Shown: positions 8,590-18,777, counted from the stretch's first letter. The stretch is DNA of 64,000 nucleotides from Promethearchaeota archaeon (GCA_048938895.1 JBHLLU010000001.1:121937-185936), one strand, 5' to 3'. Translations and numbers: made by a program. The notes: generated by a model not told the origin, from the letters alone.

Positions 8590-10842
8590 ATGTCTAAAAA
8601 TGAACAAGTTAAATTAGTAAGAACTGCCTGTCCAGCCCATTGTGGAATTGATGCCTGTGGCATATTAGCCCATATAAAAGGGGATCGAATTGTGAAGCTG
8701 GAACCTGCTGAATTTCCTGATGAAAGAGATAAAAGGATATGTCTTCGTGGTCTTACTAGCTTGAATATTACCTACCATCCTGATCGGATTAAGTATCCTA
8801 TGAAACGGGTAGGTAAACGCGGTGAAGGGAAATTTGAACGGATTTCTTGGGATGAAGCTTATGAGATTATTGTAAAAAATTTTAGAGAAATATCTGAAAA
8901 ATATGGATGGAAATCAATTGGATGGGTTTTAGGCGGACCTGGTGCGGGGACCACTAAATTTGGTGCGTATTTAAGGATAGCAAGTCTCACACAAAGCACT
9001 AGGGTAAGTGCCTGGGGTTATGGTGATGCAGGTTTACCATGTGGAAGTAGAGTGATTCTAGGTCACCAATTTCCTTATATGCATTTGCATGGAGAATTCT
9101 GGCAAAGAAAATATCCTGAATTATTAATGATATGGGCTACAAATCCAGCAGAAACCATGCCTTTGCAAAATATGCGAAAAGTGATGGATGCAAAAGAAAT
9201 GGGTACGCAAGTTATTGTTGTTGATCCACGTTTTACTGTAACAGCATCTAAAGCAGATGAATACATTGGATTATATCCTGGTACTGATAGTGCTTTAGCT
9301 TTAGGTATTATGAATATTGTATTTAAGAATGATTTGCATGATAAAGAATTTATCTTAGAGCATACGAATGGTCCTTATTTAGTAAGAACTGATACAGGAA
9401 AAATGCTACGAGGGAAAGATGTTAATTTACAAAAATCTGATGCCTATATAATTTGGCACGGTCTATCTAATTCCTATAAAGTAGTGTCTCGTTCAAATGT
9501 AAAAGAAGCAAATCTCACTGGTATTTATAATATAAATGGGATTGAATGCAAACCAGCACTTCAATTATTAATAGAATTAACATCTATTTATACTCCTGAA
9601 AGAACGGAGGGAATTACAGGCGTAGATAAAGATCTTATTATTAAACTTGCAAAAAGGATTGCTAATTCAAAAAAAGTTGTCTTCCTCACTCACATGGGTT
9701 TTACTAGAACTTATCATGGGGATATTTCATTACGAGGAGTTATTTCTGTAGCAGCGATTACCGGAAATATTACTACTACCGTGAGTTCAGGATATATGCC
9801 CGCAACGTTGAATTGGAATCCATTCCTTAAGGCAATTCCTGATAAGCCAAGTTTTCATAGGATTGGAATACTCAATCTGTATAATGCTGTTATCTCAGGA
9901 AATCCTTACCCTATTAAGGTTCTGTGGTTTGCCTTTATTAATTTTTTAAATCAGTGTGCTAATTCTAACAAAATCATCGAAGAATTTTATCCCAACTTAG
10001 AATTTATTGTACAGACTGAATTATTTATGACCCCCTCGGCGCAATATGCTGATTTAATTCTTCCTGTCTGTAGCTTTCTAGAATTTTCAGATTTTATAGC
10101 TCAACCTTATCCAAATGTACAACTTCAACAAAAAGTTATTGAACCGTTATATGAGTCCAAGTCAGATGTTACCATTGTTTCTGAACTTGCAGAACGTCTT
10201 GGATTTGGGGAATACTTTAAAGGTGGAGAGGAAGGATTAATTGATCTCATTATGAAAACTCGTACGTTCCAAGGAATTTCACGAGAAACTTTGAAGAAAA
10301 ATGCACTAAAATTACCAGCTCTTCCAGAGGGAGCGAGATTTCCTCTTAGCTTTGGCACTCCTTCAAAAAAAGTAGAATTATATGCTGAGCAGTTGTATGA
10401 AGATGGAGAAGCTCTCCCTGTATATTTACCACCAATTGAAGCACCAATAACTCCAGGGGAAAAAAAGTACTCTTTAACACTTATTAATGGTCATAGTCGT
10501 TTTCGTACTCATTCCATGTTTGCAAATGTAGATTCTCTATTAGAATTAAATCCAGAACCATTAGTAGATATTCACCCGATTGACGCAGAAAAAAGAAACA
10601 TAAAGACCAATGATTTTGTAACGGTCTATAATGACAGAGCGCGAACAATGCTGAAAGCTAGAGTCTCTGAAGGAGTTAAACCAGGCGTGGTTGATATAAC
10701 AGAAGGTTGGTGGATTGAACAATTTAGACAGGGAAGTCTGAATCATCTAACGCATGATATTATAAATCCAGTTCAAGATAAGGTCTATGAACCGAATATG
10801 CATATGAATGATGTTGCTGTGGAGGTGGAAAAAAATGAGTAA
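8590..10842 (+). CDS. molybdopterin (bis-PGD) oxidoreductase catalytic subunit, DMSO reductase superfamily, cytoplasmic
   Basis: CPAHCGIDAC...ICLRG FS0 motif, HPDRIKYPMKR..RGEGKFERISWDEA, PGTD, ADLILP, C-terminal HSRFRTHS molybdopterin dinucleotide domain; no twin-arginine signal. Confidence 0.92.
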   Translation: MSKNEQVKLVRTACPAHCGIDACGILAHIKGDRIVKLEPAEFPDERDKRICLRGLTSLNITYHPDRIKYPMKRVGKRGEGKFERISWDEAYEIIVKNFREISEKYGWKSIGWVLGGPGAGTTKFGAYLRIASLTQSTRVSAWGYGDAGLPCGSRVILGHQFPYMHLHGEFWQRKYPELLMIWATNPAETMPLQNMRKVMDAKEMGTQVIVVDPRFTVTASKADEYIGLYPGTDSALALGIMNIVFKNDLHDKEFILEHTNGPYLVRTDTGKMLRGKDVNLQKSDAYIIWHGLSNSYKVVSRSNVKEANLTGIYNINGIECKPALQLLIELTSIYTPERTEGITGVDKDLIIKLAKRIANSKKVVFLTHMGFTRTYHGDISLRGVISVAAITGNITTTVSSGYMPATLNWNPFLKAIPDKPSFHRIGILNLYNAVISGNPYPIKVLWFAFINFLNQCANSNKIIEEFYPNLEFIVQTELFMTPSAQYADLILPVCSFLEFSDFIAQPYPNVQLQQKVIEPLYESKSDVTIVSELAERLGFGEYFKGGEEGLIDLIMKTRTFQGISRETLKKNALKLPALPEGARFPLSFGTPSKKVELYAEQLYEDGEALPVYLPPIEAPITPGEKKYSLTLINGHSRFRTHSMFANVDSLLELNPEPLVDIHPIDAEKRNIKTNDFVTVYNDRARTMLKARVSEGVKPGVVDITEGWWIEQFRQGSLNHLTHDIINPVQDKVYEPNMHMNDVAVEVEKNE

Positions 10843-11419
10843 AAGCAAAAGAATGGGAATGATTATTGACCAAGAAAGATGCATTGGATGTGAAGCATGT
10901 AGTGTAGCATGTAAAATTGAAAATAATACGAATGAGTATTGGATTACAGTTGAAACTCAAGGAAGTGCTGTAAAAGACACCCCAAGAGGAATTTTTCCAA
11001 ACTTGACAATGATTTTTCTACCTAAATTATGTAATCATTGTGAGAATCCACCATGTGTCGATTCATGTCCTGAAGAAGCTATAAAGCAAAGAGATGATGG
11101 GATTGTTTTATTACATCAAAACTTATGCACTGGTTGCCAATCATGTTTGACTGCTTGCCCGTTTAAAGTTATAGTGTTTGATTACGATAAAAATCTCGCA
11201 GGAAAATGTAATTTTTGCTTTCACAGGATTGATCAAGGTCTTGAACCTTTTTGTGTGATTTGTTGTGAAGACCAAGCAATATATTTTGGCGATTTTAGCG
11301 ATCCTGACAGTATAATATCAAAAAAAGTTGCTAAGAATAAGGTTTTTCAACTTAAACCTGAGGAAAACACTAATCCTTCTGTCTACTATATTCCTCCTAG
11401 ACCAAAGAGGAAATTATAA
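10835..11419 (+). CDS. 4Fe-4S dicluster electron-transfer subunit (DmsB/NrfC type)
   Basis: CIGCEACSVAC, CNHCENPPCVDSCP, CTGCQSCLTACP, KCNFC; start taken at ATG 10835 after GGAGGTGG, overlapping the upstream stop. Confidence 0.92.
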   Translation: MSKSKRMGMIIDQERCIGCEACSVACKIENNTNEYWITVETQGSAVKDTPRGIFPNLTMIFLPKLCNHCENPPCVDSCPEEAIKQRDDGIVLLHQNLCTGCQSCLTACPFKVIVFDYDKNLAGKCNFCFHRIDQGLEPFCVICCEDQAIYFGDFSDPDSIISKKVAKNKVFQLKPEENTNPSVYYIPPRPKRKL

Positions 11420-11461
11420 TATTTTAACTAAGAAATTTAAAAAAAAAGATAAAAATTAATT

Positions 11462-12766
11462 CTATATGTCAGTATTTTCAATGATCATAGCGGTTCCTTG
11501 TCCACCACCGCAACACATTGTAGCAAGACCATAACGAGCTTTTCTCTTTTTAAGAATTCTTGCTAGAGTACCAACTATCCTTGGCCCTGTTGCTGCGATT
11601 GGGTGTCCAATAGCAATACCGCCACCTTTAATATTTATGTCATCCATTCTATTATCTAATCCCATTTCATGCATCCAATTTAAAGCTACAATTGCAAATG
11701 CTTCATTTATTTCCCAGTAGTCAATATCATCAGTTGTTAATCCAGCATGCTTCAATGCCATCCAGGATGCTGGAACTGGACCTCTCCCCATAACTGTGGG
11801 ATCTACCGCTCCAAATCCAATAGAAACAATACGTGCTAATGGAGATAGATCATATTTATTCATAGCATCTTCTGACATCAACAATAAAGTTGCCACTCCT
11901 GCATTTGTTGGACATGAATTTCCCGCAGTTACTAAACCTTGATCTGTCCCAAAGATTTCAATATATTCTTCTTTAGTTAAAAGTGGATTATAGTATCCAC
12001 CAGCCCAGCCAGGAGTGGTTAATCCTCTTAAATCTTTTGTACCCTCGTATGTAGCATTTTTTCTAACTGAAGTATCATGTTCGATTAATAAGGGGGTATC
12101 TTCATCACCTTCTGCGTGTGCCATCACAGGGACAATTTCTCCCTTGAAAAATCCTTCTTCTTGAGCTTTCGCCGCTAATTGATGACTGCGAACTGAGAAT
12201 CTATCATTATCCTCTTTTGAAAATATGTTTGCATTCACTTCATGGAGTTTTTGTGCTGTCTGTAACATTGAATATGAGCAACGGAAGTCAACAACGTCAT
12301 CAACATAAAATTCATGTCCTTTAAACATAGCGGGGTTTGGATCACGTACCGTTGGAGGTCGTGATCTTGACATAGTCGCATTATTCTTCCCTGAAGCAAT
12401 TACAACATCAGAATACCCCAGAGCAATGTTATCATATGCTACTGAGGCAGCTGTCATTCCCGAGCCACAGGCTCGATCTAATGCGACTGAAGATACTTTT
12501 GCTGGAAATTTGGCTAAAAATATTGGATATCTTCCTCCAAAGGTCACATATTCATTATTGAAATGAGTAGCCCCAATATAAAACTCATCAACATCTTCAG
12601 GCTTAACTTGATCTTTTAATCGATTATCAAACATTTCTGATAGTGTTAAGGCAGTCATTTCATCAGGACGTAAGTTTCCAAAAACATCTCTTGGTGGCTC
12701 TCTTGGTCGAGATCTCGAAAATGGTGTTCTAACGTAATCTGTAATATATACATCTCTTATTTTCAT
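11462..12766 (-). CDS. acetyl-CoA C-acyltransferase (thiolase), catalytic residues intact
   Basis: DRACGSG, NEAF, GHPIAATG, MCCGGGQG. Confidence 0.92.
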   Translation of the reverse strand: MKIRDVYITDYVRTPFSRSRPREPPRDVFGNLRPDEMTALTLSEMFDNRLKDQVKPEDVDEFYIGATHFNNEYVTFGGRYPIFLAKFPAKVSSVALDRACGSGMTAASVAYDNIALGYSDVVIASGKNNATMSRSRPPTVRDPNPAMFKGHEFYVDDVVDFRCSYSMLQTAQKLHEVNANIFSKEDNDRFSVRSHQLAAKAQEEGFFKGEIVPVMAHAEGDEDTPLLIEHDTSVRKNATYEGTKDLRGLTTPGWAGGYYNPLLTKEEYIEIFGTDQGLVTAGNSCPTNAGVATLLLMSEDAMNKYDLSPLARIVSIGFGAVDPTVMGRGPVPASWMALKHAGLTTDDIDYWEINEAFAIVALNWMHEMGLDNRMDDINIKGGGIAIGHPIAATGPRIVGTLARILKKRKARYGLATMCCGGGQGTAMIIENTDI

Positions 12767-12811
12767 AACTATTAAACCTCTTTCTATTATTCTAACCTCA
12801 TGTTTTATTTT

Positions 12812-14143
12812 TTAATTTAAATTTTCAATTACAACTGCAGTTCCCTGACCACCACCACACGACATAGCTGCAAGACCATATTTTGCTTTTTTTTCTTTAA
12901 GAATTCTAGCTAATGTTGACGCGATTCTTAGGCTGGTTGCGGATGCTGGATTACCGATTGCTATCGCACCTCCATGGATATTCATCTTATGTTCCCAATC
13001 AATCCCTAACTTATTAGCAGCATTAAGTGCAACGATACTAAAGGATTCATTAATTTCCCAATAATCTATATTATCCATTTCTAAATTTGCATGCTTTAAA
13101 GCCATTTGAGCTGCTGGGACTACACCTCGTCCTCGTACAGTTGGATCTACTCCAGCAAAACCAATCGAGATAACTTTCGACATGGGTTTTAAGTTATATT
13201 CTTTAATTGCTTTTTGCGATGCTAATAAACAGAGTGAAGCTCCATCACACAATGGAGAGCTATTTCCCGTTGTTATAATACCTTTCTCAGTCCCAAATTT
13301 TGCGACATATTCATCTCTTGTGAATATAGGATTTTTATAACCCCCTGCCCATCCAGGAGTGCTTATGGGGGGTGAACTAGCAATATTTTCTAAAGTAACT
13401 GCTTTTTTAATAGATTGATCTTTTTCAATCTCAATTTCATTATTAGGGTCTCCTGCTTTATGACCTTTCATACGCATTATTTCTTCTTTGAAATATCCAT
13501 CTTCCTGAGCTTTTTCTGCCAAATTATGACTTCGAGCACTAAATTTATCTAATTCATCTTTAGTAAATATATCTGCTTCTTCCTCCACGAGTTTCTGTGC
13601 TGCCTGAAATAATAACCGACTTGTTTTCCAGTCGTATAAATCATCATTATACCATTTATTCTTTGGATCAAGCATCAGTTTATCTGGGGGAATTCCAAAT
13701 ACTTCCACTTTTCCGTTGTAACTGTGCAAGGGTACTCGAGTAAAATGATCAAAACCTAAAGTTACCACCACATCAGAATAACCCAATGCAATATTTCCAA
13801 ATCCAACATGTAAAGCTGTCATACCAGAACAATCCTGTTTATCGAATACCGTTGCAGGTACATGGAAAGGAAATTTTGCCATAAATCCAGGTATTCTTCC
13901 TCCAAATGTTCCGTGTTCGTGCTGTAATAATGTACCGCCAACCAAAACTTCACTTACATTCTCAGGTTTCAGTGTGCTGCCTTTATTTGGTATTCGATTG
14001 TCAAACATATCCCTCAAAACATGAGCTGCAAGTTCAGTACCCCATTTCTTACTAAAAACATCATCGTCAGGCTCTAGAGGATTTGCTTGAGAAAATGGTG
14101 TCCTTACATGGTCTACTAAATATACTTCTTTTGCTTCTTTCAT
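12812..14143 (-). CDS. thiolase-like protein with substituted catalytic residues
   Basis: Thiolase fold, clear paralog of its neighbour (shared TPGWAGGY.NP insert), but DKQDCSG, NESF, GNPASATS, MSCGGGQG. Confidence 0.88.
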   Translation of the reverse strand: MKEAKEVYLVDHVRTPFSQANPLEPDDDVFSKKWGTELAAHVLRDMFDNRIPNKGSTLKPENVSEVLVGGTLLQHEHGTFGGRIPGFMAKFPFHVPATVFDKQDCSGMTALHVGFGNIALGYSDVVVTLGFDHFTRVPLHSYNGKVEVFGIPPDKLMLDPKNKWYNDDLYDWKTSRLLFQAAQKLVEEEADIFTKDELDKFSARSHNLAEKAQEDGYFKEEIMRMKGHKAGDPNNEIEIEKDQSIKKAVTLENIASSPPISTPGWAGGYKNPIFTRDEYVAKFGTEKGIITTGNSSPLCDGASLCLLASQKAIKEYNLKPMSKVISIGFAGVDPTVRGRGVVPAAQMALKHANLEMDNIDYWEINESFSIVALNAANKLGIDWEHKMNIHGGAIAIGNPASATSLRIASTLARILKEKKAKYGLAAMSCGGGQGTAVVIENLN

Positions 14144-14251
14144 ATTGTAATTTCTCTTTTTTATTTAAAATATAAAAAATATAATGTTGAAATATTATGA
14201 TTAAATAAAAATACTCTTAATTTTTTACCAAAAAAAAAAAATTAGGATAAG

Positions 14252-15034
14252 TTACTTACCCTTAAATATAGGTTTACGTTTTTCTACAAAAGCCGTAGCT
14301 GCTTCTCGATGATCCTCAGAAGCGTAACATCTAGTATTAAATTCACCTTCAACATTTAACATCTCATCAAATTTCTTATCATACCCTCGATGTATAGCTT
14401 CTTTCGAAAGGGCTAATGCTAACGGTGCCTGTTCTGCTAAATGATTGGCAAATTCCATTGTTTTGGGTATTAACTCGTCGTGAGGAAAAACGGCATTTAC
14501 TAGCCCTATCTTCAAAGCTTCTTCAGCAAATATACGTTTACCACTAAATATTAATTCTTTTGCTTTATGAACTCCAATAAATTTAGGTAGTAGAAAACTT
14601 CCATTCATATCAGGAATTAAACCCATTCGAATAAAGAACTCTCCAAAACTTGCTTTTTCTGAGGCATATATTATATCACAGCTTAATGTTAAATTTGTCC
14701 CAAACCCTACAGCAACACCATTCACAGCAGCTATAATTGGTTTATATAATTTAAAGAAATCATATGGATGTATAGTTGGGCTCCCTTCTCCGACTTTTTC
14801 TCTAAATTTCCCACTAGCAAACTCCTGTACATCGGCTCCCGCACAAAATGCTTTACCGGCTCCTGTTATAACTATTACTCTCACATCAGAATCCTCTTTA
14901 GCTAGTTTTAGTGAGTTCTTTAAATCAGCATTCATTTGGACATTTATGGCATTCATTCTTTCAGGGCGGTTCAGAGTTATAACTACTACTTTATCTATTT
15001 TTTCATATAACAATGTTTCATATTCCGGACTCAA
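14252..15034 (-). CDS. enoyl-CoA hydratase/isomerase family (PaaG-like isomerase type)
   Basis: ITLNRPERMNA, FCAGAD, KPIIAAVNG; lacks the two crotonase Glu residues, has GLIPD; TTG start. Confidence 0.9.
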   Translation of the reverse strand: MSPEYETLLYEKIDKVVVITLNRPERMNAINVQMNADLKNSLKLAKEDSDVRVIVITGAGKAFCAGADVQEFASGKFREKVGEGSPTIHPYDFFKLYKPIIAAVNGVAVGFGTNLTLSCDIIYASEKASFGEFFIRMGLIPDMNGSFLLPKFIGVHKAKELIFSGKRIFAEEALKIGLVNAVFPHDELIPKTMEFANHLAEQAPLALALSKEAIHRGYDKKFDEMLNVEGEFNTRCYASEDHREAATAFVEKRKPIFKGK

Positions 15035-15222
15035 TATAACTCATCTCAATAAAATTGCAATGTTGAGTAAAATTGATGAATATAATATTTTATTCTTTTA
15101 CCTTTTACTTAAAATTTAAAGATAAGACAACCAAACTATTAAGATAAATAATAAAACTTTATTTTCATTTCGTGTTTACATAAATACTAAAATAAATTAT
15201 AGATAAAACCTATTAAATTCAG

Positions 15223-16359
15223 ATGTTAAAAATGAGTGAAGCAGATTATAGAGCAGCATCAAGAGTTTTAGCTAAAGCAGGTGGATTTCCTCACCAATGG
15301 TCTGAAACTCTGCATAAAATTTTAAAGAATACTATTAAAGATGAAAATCTTGATCTCGTAATGGCATTTGATAAAAATATCTCCCAAACAATGGAACAAT
15401 TAAAAGAGAATAGTGGTTTATCAGAAGAAGAAATATTGAAAAAAGTAGATGCTTTAGCGAAGACCGGTGTAATTTTCAACCAACCTAATCGTCAAGGAGT
15501 AATGGTATATCGACTATTGATGATGGGACGGCAATTCGAATATATCTTCATGCAAAACCTCGAAAAAACAGAGGAGAATTATAAACTAGCAAAATTGTTC
15601 CACAAACTAAATGAGGAATCAAGTCAATATGTTCAATCTAATTATGATGTGTTGAGTACCGCAGTGAAAAGGATGCCCGCTGTAGATCGAACAGTTTCCA
15701 TATTAGAGGATCTAGAAACAGGAGAAGAAGTTAATATAATTGTTAACCAAGAGGTACAAGTGCCAACAGAAAAAATTTTACCTACTCAACGAATTAGAGA
15801 ACTTATTGAAAAATATGATGACATTGCTGTAGGTCAGTGTTATTGTAGACAACATCAGGAATTCTTAGGAAATCCTTGTAAGCAAATTGAACTAACCCCA
15901 AGTTGCATGACATTAGGTAAATCTGCCAGGCATACTTCTAATCATGGTTTTTCTAAATTGGTATCCAAAGAAGAAGCTCTTGAAATATTGAAAAAGTGTG
16001 AAGATGCAGGACTAGTCCACAAGGCTTATCATCTACACGGTGATACATCTAAGGAGGAAGTGGCAATCTGTAACTGTTGTAGCTGTTGTTGTTTAACCGC
16101 AAGAGATTGTTTAATTTTCCCTGTAGTAAATGCCACCAATTATTTAGCTAGTATTGATGAAGACTTATGTATTGGCTGTGGTACTTGCGTCGATTTATGC
16201 TATAATAAAGCCATTGAACTAAATGATGAAGATAAGGCCGAAAGAATAGAAGAATACTGTGTTGGATGCGGTGTATGTGCATATCATTGTTCTGAAAATG
16301 CTATTTCTCTTATTGAAGGACCAAGAATGGTAAGAATGCTCCCTCCACGTAAAAATTAA
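15223..16359 (+). CDS. Fe-S protein: N-terminal winged-helix-like region, Cys-rich core, C-terminal 2x[4Fe-4S] ferredoxin
   Basis: CYCRQH, GLVH, ICNCCSCCC, CIGCGTCVDLC, CVGCGVCAYHC. Confidence 0.85.
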   Translation: MLKMSEADYRAASRVLAKAGGFPHQWSETLHKILKNTIKDENLDLVMAFDKNISQTMEQLKENSGLSEEEILKKVDALAKTGVIFNQPNRQGVMVYRLLMMGRQFEYIFMQNLEKTEENYKLAKLFHKLNEESSQYVQSNYDVLSTAVKRMPAVDRTVSILEDLETGEEVNIIVNQEVQVPTEKILPTQRIRELIEKYDDIAVGQCYCRQHQEFLGNPCKQIELTPSCMTLGKSARHTSNHGFSKLVSKEEALEILKKCEDAGLVHKAYHLHGDTSKEEVAICNCCSCCCLTARDCLIFPVVNATNYLASIDEDLCIGCGTCVDLCYNKAIELNDEDKAERIEEYCVGCGVCAYHCSENAISLIEGPRMVRMLPPRKN

Positions 16360-16467
16360 TTCTTTAAACTAATTCTTATTCATTTTTATTTTGTTTAAAA
16401 TTATCTCTAAATTCAGAAAGATGATTTTATATGTATAGGAGTAAAATTAATTTTGTAATTATTTTTA

Positions 16468-16775
16468 ATGGATGAATTGAGAATTAAACGATATCGTGAT
16501 AAAATAAATCACGTTATAGATTACAAAAACAACTTACCATTTGAGCCAAAAAATGAACTTGAAAAACCTGGAATTTCGAATTATTCCCAATTTACATCCA
16601 AATCTCCATAATAGAGAATTATCAAGTAGTCTTTGGCGATATATTAGAAGTTTCAGAATACTTTTATTCTTTTCGGAAAAAATGGGATGATTGTAAGTCG
16701 GATATTATCAAACCAGTTTTCAAAACATCGTTTATAACATTTGCATCAGTCTTTCAAAATCTCAAATGGAATTAA
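16468..16775 (+). pseudogene. deleted HEPN (DUF86/HepT)-MNT (MntA) toxin-antitoxin relic
   Basis: 16468-16611 gives MDELRIKRYRDKINHVIDYKNNLPFEPKNELEKPGI... (DUF86-like N-terminus). From 16575 another frame gives FELFPIYIQISIIENYQVVFGDILEVSEYFYSFRKKWDDCK (C-terminal part of archaeal minimal nucleotidyltransferases) with no start codon. Confidence 0.6.
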
Positions 16776-16809
16776 ATTATTATTTGTAAAAAGAATAAAA
16801 AATTGAAAA

Positions 16810-17652
16810 TTACTTAATAATAGTATACGCATTTCCTAAAACTATTGTATCTCGCTCAGAACGTACTTGAATTATGTAACGTCCGTTATCTTTCCAACCC
16901 TGTGTAGTAAGGGCTTCTCCAGGATATACTTCACTCGTAAATCGTGCTTTAAATTCCTTAAATCGAGAAACATCACCATCACAAAGACCATATACTATAG
17001 CTCGAGTTGCATGACCATAAGTACACAATCCATGAAGAATTGGCCGATCAAATCTTCCACTTCTTTTTGCAAAAGTAGGATCTATATGTAGAGGATTATA
17101 ATCCCCACTCAGTCTATATATTGCTGCCTGATTTATATTGGTTTTATAAGTTATACTAAAATCAGGTTCTTTTCCTTCTGGGGGGTCTAGTGGTTCAGTT
17201 TTTGGACCACGATCTCCGCCCCATCCACCTTCCCCAATATAGAAATGAACATATTTATTCTCAAAAATTAGTTCATCTTCCATAGTTCTTCCAGAAATTC
17301 TTGTATGAATAACAGCAGCATTTCCCTTGTCAAATATGTTTTCACATACTCCTTTGACTTTAAACTCTCCTTCTGAGGGAAAAGGTTTATAAAGTCTGAT
17401 CATTTGTTCTCCATGAATAAAACGGGCTCCATCAATACTCTCTTTACTAAATCTAGGAAATCCAGCTCCTCCTATAATGCAAGCATAACTTGGAAAAACT
17501 TGTACTCCTCCGGGATACCTTTCATAAACAAATTGCAATTCATCAGGTTGAGCGCCAATCCCTAAATTATATAGAATTACATCTTTCCAAGTATATTTAC
17601 GAGTTCTCTCTTCTGTCTCTTTACCTATTACATCTAAATCTAAACTTGTCAT
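16810..17652 (-). CDS. (R)-specific enoyl-CoA hydratase 2 (MaoC double hot-dog, MFE-2 hydratase-like)
   Basis: DVILYNLGIGA, IHGEQ, hydratase-2 motif YRLSGDYNPLHIDP...ILHGLCT. Confidence 0.92.
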   Translation of the reverse strand: MTSLDLDVIGKETEERTRKYTWKDVILYNLGIGAQPDELQFVYERYPGGVQVFPSYACIIGGAGFPRFSKESIDGARFIHGEQMIRLYKPFPSEGEFKVKGVCENIFDKGNAAVIHTRISGRTMEDELIFENKYVHFYIGEGGWGGDRGPKTEPLDPPEGKEPDFSITYKTNINQAAIYRLSGDYNPLHIDPTFAKRSGRFDRPILHGLCTYGHATRAIVYGLCDGDVSRFKEFKARFTSEVYPGEALTTQGWKDNGRYIIQVRSERDTIVLGNAYTIIK

Positions 17653-17835
17653 TTTTGTTCTACCTTAAAATTTTTTAATTAATTTTTATCTCGAATAATT
17701 TATTAATTATTACTATTATTACATAAATTTTGTAAATCAATTCAAATTCTAATACCAAAGAATAAGTCAAATTCTCAATTGAGAAATTTATCAATAAATA
17801 AATAAAAAAAAATTTAGAAAATATTTTAAAGTAAA

Positions 17836-18777
17836 TTACATCATTCCTAATTCTTGTGGACTTGCTGCACCTTCTCTTTTATCGGGCAAATCTTTCATTA
17901 ATTCAGGAAATTTATCAGCTAATTGTTTTACAGTAAAAGTTTGCCAATCGTTTGATATTTTCTTTACAGCCCGCCATCCACGATACACCCATACTTTATC
18001 GCCAATAGCTCTAAACACTTCTCCATTAATTCCCTTAGCTTCATCAGTAGCTAAATAAGCAACTAACGGTGCAAAATGAACTGGATTAAAGACATCGAAA
18101 CCATCTTTCGTTTTTCTTTCCATAAATCCAGCCATTCTCGGTGTTAAATCAGTAGTCATACGGGTTCGTGCACTTGGAACAACACAATTAATAGTAGCAT
18201 ATTTAGCAAGTTCTCTTGATACAATAACTGTAAACGTTGCTATTCCAGATTTGGCAGCTCCGTAATTTGATTGACCTACATTTCCATATAACCCAGAATC
18301 TGAAGCAGTATTAATAATTCTGCCAAAATTGCCTAAAGACTCATCTGCTTTACCTCGCTCTCTAAAATAAGCCCCAGCATGTCTAGTCAAATTAAACGTA
18401 CCCTTCAAATGAACTGCAATAACAAGGTCAAATTCTTCTTCTGCCATGTTAAAGATCATTCTATCCCTTAAAATGCCCGCATTGTTTACTACGATATCTA
18501 ATTTGCCAAATTCACCAATAGTGTTATCTACCAAAGCTTTCATTTTATTATAATCAGCTACAGAGTCATAATTTGCTATTGCTTTAACTCCAAGAGCCTT
18601 AACCTCTTCTACAACTGAATCTGCAATCTTAGCGTCTTTATCGAGATGGGTAGCTCCCCCGCCAATATCATTAATTACTAAATTGCATCCTTCTTTTGCC
18701 ATAATTAATGCTTCTTCGCGGCCAACACCACGACCAGCCCCAGTTATTATGGCAACTTTTCCATCTAACATTCCCAT
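17836..18777 (-). CDS. SDR oxidoreductase, MFE-2 dehydrogenase / 3-oxoacyl-CoA reductase type
   Basis: TGAGRGVG, VINDIG, NNAGILRD, GNVGQSNYGAAK (YxxxK), ARTRMT. Confidence 0.92.
   Translation of the reverse strand: MGMLDGKVAIITGAGRGVGREEALIMAKEGCNLVINDIGGGATHLDKDAKIADSVVEEVKALGVKAIANYDSVADYNKMKALVDNTIGEFGKLDIVVNNAGILRDRMIFNMAEEEFDLVIAVHLKGTFNLTRHAGAYFRERGKADESLGNFGRIINTASDSGLYGNVGQSNYGAAKSGIATFTVIVSRELAKYATINCVVPSARTRMTTDLTPRMAGFMERKTKDGFDVFNPVHFAPLVAYLATDEAKGINGEVFRAIGDKVWVYRGWRAVKKISNDWQTFTVKQLADKFPELMKDLPDKREGAASPQELGMM

Noticed and set aside
17772-17785. Perfect 14-bp palindrome TTCTCAATTGAGAA between the SDR and MaoC genes
   Set aside because: Single AT-rich occurrence; no second copy found in the window
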